From NCBI GenBank assembly GCA_001179505.1, contig CDMY01000440.1, positions 12,120-76,119 of the forward strand: a DNA stretch of 64,000 nt, written 5' to 3'. The position numbers were made by a program, and so were the translations under genes. This document shows positions 58,601 through 64,000 of this stretch, in pieces. The DNA comes from Vitrella brassicaformis CCMP3155 (taxonomy: Eukaryota > Protista > Chromerida). Position 1 is the first letter of the stretch; the number at the start of each line of letters is the position of its first letter. The notes under the pieces were generated by a model that made no database searches, was not told the DNA's origin, and saw nothing but the letters and a program-made list of their open reading frames with translations.

Positions 58601-59178
58601 AGCCAGCAGGACCTCTCCCTCTCACACACAATGGAAAGGAACCACAGCGCGTTCTTCCCCGCCACTGCCGCTGGTGGTGGTGGGGGCAGCAGCGGCAGCA
58701 GCAGCGGTAGTGGCAGGGAGCATGGCGCGTTGGACATGTCGGTGAACCACCCCTTCAAAAGCCCTGATATGAACGCACTCAACGCGTCCAGGCGCATGTA
58801 CGTGCAGGCAGGGGGAAAAGCAAGACACCACACCCATCGCCCATCTGTGCAAGCATGGTGGCCATTGTGCGCCGCGCCCTTTTCCTTGTTTCCTTTGTTC
58901 CTTTCAGCCACACGTCGATGGACGCCCTGGCGCCCCCAGTAATGGCGGTGCACGCCGACCGTGGTGAGCGTGAGGACCGCCGCGGCCGCAGCGTTGACAC
59001 GTGGGAGGCCGCCCACTACTCCCACCACCCTCATGACGATGGACACACCGCCATGATGGGGCGGCACCACCACCACCAGCACCACCAGCACCACCGGCCT
59101 GCTGCTAATATGCTGCAATCGCGGGACCCATACGCATCTCAGTACTCGCCTCGTGGGGAGGGCGGGGGTTGTGACTGA
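55605..59178 (+). CDS. Hypothetical coiled-coil protein with low-complexity C-terminus (possible SAM-like N-terminal region)
   Basis: Multi-exon with phase-consistent heptad-rich exons (EQRLSRALEKEQEE..., LEQLEEERKKNEELQ..., VAQLENEITEMKREF...) and a His/Pro-rich tail. The 3' end is uncertain. Confidence 0.65.
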
Positions 59179-60715
59179 TTTGATTACTGAGGGGGGAGAC
59201 GAGACACTTTGCAGACTGCATTGGTCATTGAGCTCTCCTCTTTCAAAGTATTTTTGCTGGCTGACTGGATGTCAGTGAGAGGCGGGGGAGGGAGAAAGGA
59301 TAAGAGGACAGCTGGGGCGGGGCGTGTGGATGCTGTCGATGGTATGGTTCGGCGGGTGTGCGTGATTGATTTCCCTGCGACTGCAACCGCGGCCAGACTA
59401 ATGAATGACGAATGACGAATGTGGCGCACCTAATCCATCCCAGCGCTGTCTGTCTGTCTGTAGGGTAGGTCCATCCGTCTCCTCTCTCTGGCACACATGA
59501 CAGACAGACACATACACACTTGTCAAGTAAGGTAAGTACGCCACGCCCCGCCCCCATGATAAATGCGACCAACCAGTGAGTGAACTGAGTGGCTTCATCG
59601 AGGCCATGCCATGCACCGCATGGCACACAGGCGCCGGCACACACACATCGACCACATGACATGCAGGGAGGCTGCTTCTTTGCGCGAAGGCTACGGAGTG
59701 CCTGTTGGCCGGCCATCCATACACACACGCACCCCGACACAAACGAGCCAACACGATGGGCGGGCTGGGCTGGGGAGGGCAGCAATGATACGGATACCTA
59801 CGTCTATCTACAGCAGCGCCGGCCGATCGGTGTGTACCCTTGTCTGCGGCTCGCCTCTTGTGTGAGAGAGACGAGCGAAGTGAGCGAGTCCATTGATGTG
59901 TGGTCATTGTGGCTGTGTGGATATGTGTGTGTCCCCGTCTGTCTCTGTGTTTGTGCGTGGGCATGTAGGTGTGTGTATGTCGTGTGTGTGTGTGTGTGTG
60001 GCACTGTGTGTACGTGTGCAGCTAGCAGCAATCGTCGCGAGCGGCCTTCCCCACTACCACCACATGCACGAAAAAAAGAGAACCACAGGCAGACAGGCAG
60101 TCGAGGCAGCATACCATCCATCCATCCATTCCTCTGACCAATGCAGCCATCACATGTCGGCTGACCCACCGATCTGGAAACAGGTTCATAATATCGATAT
60201 CGAGACGACAGAAATGTGTTGTGGTTCAATCCACCACCCGCCCCACCCCACTAGACTGTGCTGTGCCGGCGAATGGCGCCAGCCACGGGTGGCACCGATT
60301 CCATGGACAGACAGATAGATAGATTCACATGGACACACACGTAGGCAGGCTTGCACCGCACCGCGCCCATGCATGGGATATGGCATGGCATGGTATGGTG
60401 TGGTCATATGGTATGACGTGTAGGCTTAAAACTTGAGAGAGACTCTCTCGGCCAATCAACCAATCAACAAATAAAGTCAGTCTCTGTCTGGGGAGAGAGA
60501 GAGAGAGAGAGAGAGCGCTGGTCTGCAGATGATAGTTGATGGCAACAGGTGGAGATCTAGGTAGATCTCAGTCAGACAGGGAGAGTAGATGAGTAGATGA
60601 TACACATGATGCTCACAGATGGGCTGCTAGATGATAGTCAGGGAGTCGGTCAGGCAGGCAGGCAGGCAGGCAGAGAGGCAGGGAGGCAGATATGATGGAT
60701 AATGGCATGGCCGCG

Positions 60716-61803
60716 TCAGCTGATAATCACTTCCTCCTTGTGCCGCAACCTCTGGGTCAAAATTGCAGCTGCCTGCAACCACACATACACCCATACCACA
60801 ACCCCACACACGAGGCTCATACATTCAGCAACCTACGAGGCTGATAGGATGCTCACCCTTTCTTGCGGGAGGCTGTCCATTGCAGTGGTGTTGTTCTTGA
60901 GCACACCATCTTCCAGCTCATCCGGACTGCAAATCGGATCAATCAACACACAATCACACAACAGTCAGCTAGCTCCACGCACATGCGCTGGCTGACACCC
61001 GCACACCTGACGATTTCAAAGCTGAGATGGACACAAGTCACTTCGGCGTTGTTCTGATCATACACCTGACAGAACGGCCCACCACACCACAGCAACAGGC
61101 ATGCATGCCATCAGTCCCGTTCCCCGCTGTTGGTTGGGTGGCATCCATCCATCTGCAGGCTACCGACCCACCTTGACGTCGCCCTCCACTTTGCCGTGCT
61201 TTGGCCTTGGCGGGACCTCACCTGACACATATCACACCAGCGTGTAGACGTAGGCGATGGATGCATGGTCGTCAGCTATGTGTGTTTGTACGTGTGATGG
61301 ATCGTTTGTAGTGCCCCGGTGCGATGGGGCACTGGATGTCGCCGATGTCGCAGATGGCCTCCTTGATGTGGATGGGGATGATGCGGTCGATCTTGAGGTC
61401 GATCTCGATGTACCCGCCGCTGATCTCCTCCTTCAGGTCACCCGTCACAGACACCGTCAGCGCCTGCATTGCGTTCATCACATCACATTCACCGATTTGT
61501 GACTGACAATCGGTGGTGCTCTCCCCCAAACTAACCCCCGAACTAGCTGCCCACCCCACCTCTCCCGCCACCGGCGGATCAGGAACGATATGGCATTCAC
61601 CGATCTGCAGCAGATCACACCCACCAGCAGGACAAACAATAATGCCAGCAACAGACCATTGCCAACGTACTCGTGCTGGTCGGCCTGACCTCGAATCGCT
61701 CTGTGGTGGTGCCTGGGCAGAGGCTCCATTCCTCCCCCCTGGCCGCCACTCCCGCCAACGCCACGCCCAGCGCCAGCCACCGGAAAAATGAAACCAACAC
61801 CAT
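60716..61803 (-). CDS. ML (MD-2-related lipid recognition)/NPC2-like sterol/lipid-binding protein
   Basis: Signal peptide MVLVSFFRWLALGVALAGVAA, then WSLCPG...IGECHIVPDPPVAGE|ALTVSVTGDLKEEISGG...ICDIGDIQCPIAPG...VYDQNNAEVTCVHLSFEI. The Cys spacing and the 'PdP..aG..l.v...G' pattern are typical of ML domains. Confidence 0.85.
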
Positions 61804-61905
61804 CTTCACACAATTGAGAGGGTGAGGAGGAGCCCTCAATGAGGCCGCTGCAGCAAGTCAAATCGGCTTTCAGCTCCCCCCTACTGCTGTGCCAAGCCAA
61901 GTCAA

Positions 61906-61912
61906 GCTCGCA
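61906..61912. promoter_or_regulatory. GCTCGCA half-site in divergent spacer ML / receptor
   Basis: CAAGCTCGCAATTTT; the same spacer also has CTAGGGTGCTCCC at 62027-62039. Confidence 0.45.
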
Positions 61913-62112
61913 ATTTTCAGAGCCCTTTTCGCTGCCTCTGCCCTCCGCGTGCTGCGTGTGCGTGTCCGTGTTGCATGTCGGGTGCGTGTTTCTGCGGGAC
62001 AAGACAGGCTTGGACCGTCAGGCCGCCTAGGGTGCTCCCTGAAACCGCTGTTGCTCGAGGGAAGCCCCCCCTAGTCCCCCCTGCGCTCTTTGCGTCCGCT
62101 CGCCCTCCAGCC

Positions 62113-64000
62113 ATGCTCCCACTGCTGCTGCTCTCTTTGTTTCTCGTCGCGCAGCCGCCTGCAATTCGCGGCCAGCCAGCGGAGGTGACGGTCAAGTATG
62201 CGATTCTCGTCTACGCATTCTGGGCTCCATGGCCCGCGACGGTCATCGTCCCACCCTTCGACTACTATCTTGAGCGCCTCAACAGCGGCCACTGGAATGG
62301 CAAACGGCTCACGGCGGGGAACACGACGATTCGCCTCGAACGAGACGTCATTGAATATGATCTCTCTGGCTGGACCGCGGAGCAGATGGATGCCCTGACC
62401 AACGACACCTACGTCGCGCTGATAAGCTATGGACTCACAGAGGATGTTATACTCCCTCTTGCGCAGCACAAGAACCTCCTGCACGTCGCGGGTTGGTCGA
62501 CCGACGCCGTCTCAGCGGATTCATTCGTGTTTGACAAATATGCCCTTTCTCTTGGAGTCGCTCAGAGCATCCTCTCGCCCTTCAAGACACGCGGCTACAC
62601 CAAGTGTGCAGTGATAAGCTCACACAATCACCACCGTCGTCCGTACGCTGATCTGGCGATAGACGGCATCCGGAGTCTGAACATGACGCTCACGCTGCTT
62701 ATGGACGTTCCCCATTTACCCGGTGACTTATCGGAGGTCCATCGCCCCCTTATAGCACTGGGCTATGCAGCCGATCAGGCGGTAATCGATACATACGGCA
62801 ACTGGACATTCGAGTATGAAGATCCGCTCAACCCGGGAACAAACAAGACCTACGGGCCCAAATTGCTTGGGAACAATCATCTTGGAGAGGACTTTGCCCA
62901 GGCCCTCAAAGAGACCGGCACCGAGGTTCTCATCCATTATGGTTTTGCTGATTCATTGACCTTGGGGCCTGACAATTATAATAAGATGAATATGGACGTC
63001 TACGATGAATTCAACCAGATTCTCATCGACAAGGGCGTCGACCTGAAGGTCAGTCGATCAATAAATCAGTCAGTCAGTCAGTCAGATAGCGAGTCAGGCC
63101 AGGAGAAGGGAGGGGGGGATTTGTGTGACGTGTGATGTTTCAGTCAGTAGTTTCTCTCCATCTGCACACGACGACACAACCCCTTTCACTTTCTCTGTGC
63201 GTGTGTGTGTGTGGTCAGGGCTGGTACGTACGACCACTTACTGAATCAAATGAAAGCGTTACTTAAAGAACTCTGTTGCTGGACACACAGCTGCATACAT
63301 CGGCTGCTGCTGTTGTTGGTTGGTGTGTTTGTTGCTTGGCGTAGGTTCCGTGACCCTCAAGTCGCGACAAGCGGCACCTACTATCAGTATGGCGCCCACA
63401 ATCTGACGGATTTCTTCCTGACAAATGCCGAGTGGACGTCCAAGGTCAACTATTACGACGCCTTCCTCGACGTTTGGAGCAGCGACCTGATCGCCGATTA
63501 CAACGCCTGGCCCAACCGCACCACGGACTACGAAAGATTTGTCAATCAGCACATGCACGCAGGTAGGCAAGCCACCCATCCATCCATCCATCCATCCATC
63601 CATCCCCAGCGGGCAGCGGGCGAAGGGATGACATGTTTATTTGTGCGTGTTTGCACCTTCATTCATCAGTGCATCTGCTGGCGATTTGCATTTCGTTTCT
63701 GACCGAGTGGAGTCCCGACATGGACACGAACCGGGCGGCCATCAAGCTGGAGCTCTGGCGTAACAGCTTCGACACCTTCTGGGACGCCAACCTGCGGTTC
63801 GACAAGGATAGCCGACTGAACGGAGCCTTTATCATGCTCCAGCAGTTCCCAGGGACCACCAGCTTCAGCGATCTGAAGGCGGTGGCACCCGAGGCCGTTG
63901 CCGAAGTCCCCATTCAGATCCCCATGCCGAGCTTCGAGTCGAGATTCATAGGCTGCCCCCCCGGCACCTTTAATGATGGTCGGTCGGTTGAACAAGCAAG
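62113..64000 (+). CDS. Secreted/membrane receptor, 5' part; probable periplasmic-binding-protein (Venus flytrap) ectodomain followed by a Cys motif; truncated by window end
   Basis: Signal peptide MLPLLLLSLFLVAQPPAIRG, alternating beta/alpha pattern (YTKCAVIS, LNMTLTL, LKETGTEVLIHYG) and N-glycosylation sequons. The window ends in GCPPGTFNDG. The fold call rests on pattern only. Confidence 0.55.

Noticed and set aside
1-64000. tRNA, rRNA, transposase or reverse transcriptase
   Set aside because: No recognisable T-loop/anticodon cloverleaf, rRNA signature, or DDE/RT motif seen by eye.

Overview
This is intron-rich, GC-rich eukaryotic DNA. Short GT-AG introns packed with (GT)n/(CA)n/(GTCT)n microsatellites and bipartite plastid-type leaders strongly suggest the chromerid Vitrella brassicaformis; this is an inference from sequence style, not a database result. 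I reconstructed about 20 spliced genes by hand. They are: four members (two frameshifted) plus a 3' relic of an expanded F-box-like family, a family III CoA-transferase, a 14-kb polycystin-1/REJ-GPS-like receptor, TAF7, an ABCB half-transporter, a coiled-coil gene with an in-frame TAG, a DnaJ+DUF3820-like protein, a class 3 lipase, TspO, two head-to-head paralogous two-RRM proteins, a TauD dioxygenase, a DUF2358 protein, a 4-TM protein, a long coiled-coil protein, an ML/NPC2-like protein and the start of a Venus-flytrap-type receptor. There are two 300-N assembly gaps. I found no tRNA, rRNA, CRISPR array or transposase. Main highlights: (1) 18 genes form nine head-to-head pairs with 107-404 bp spacers. 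Eight spacers carry TGCGAGC/GCTCGCA, twice as a perfect TGCGAGC-N3-GCTCGCA palindrome; the one spacer lacking it lies between two genes with apparent lesions. (2) A head-to-head TTTAGGG/CCCTAAA telomeric hairpin is flanked by an exact 11-bp direct repeat. (3) The inverted RRM paralog pair joins ALYREF-type N-termini to GBP2-type RRMs. (4) The PKD1-like receptor appears to have PH-like domains in place of PLAT and no channel module. Exon boundaries are manual predictions.
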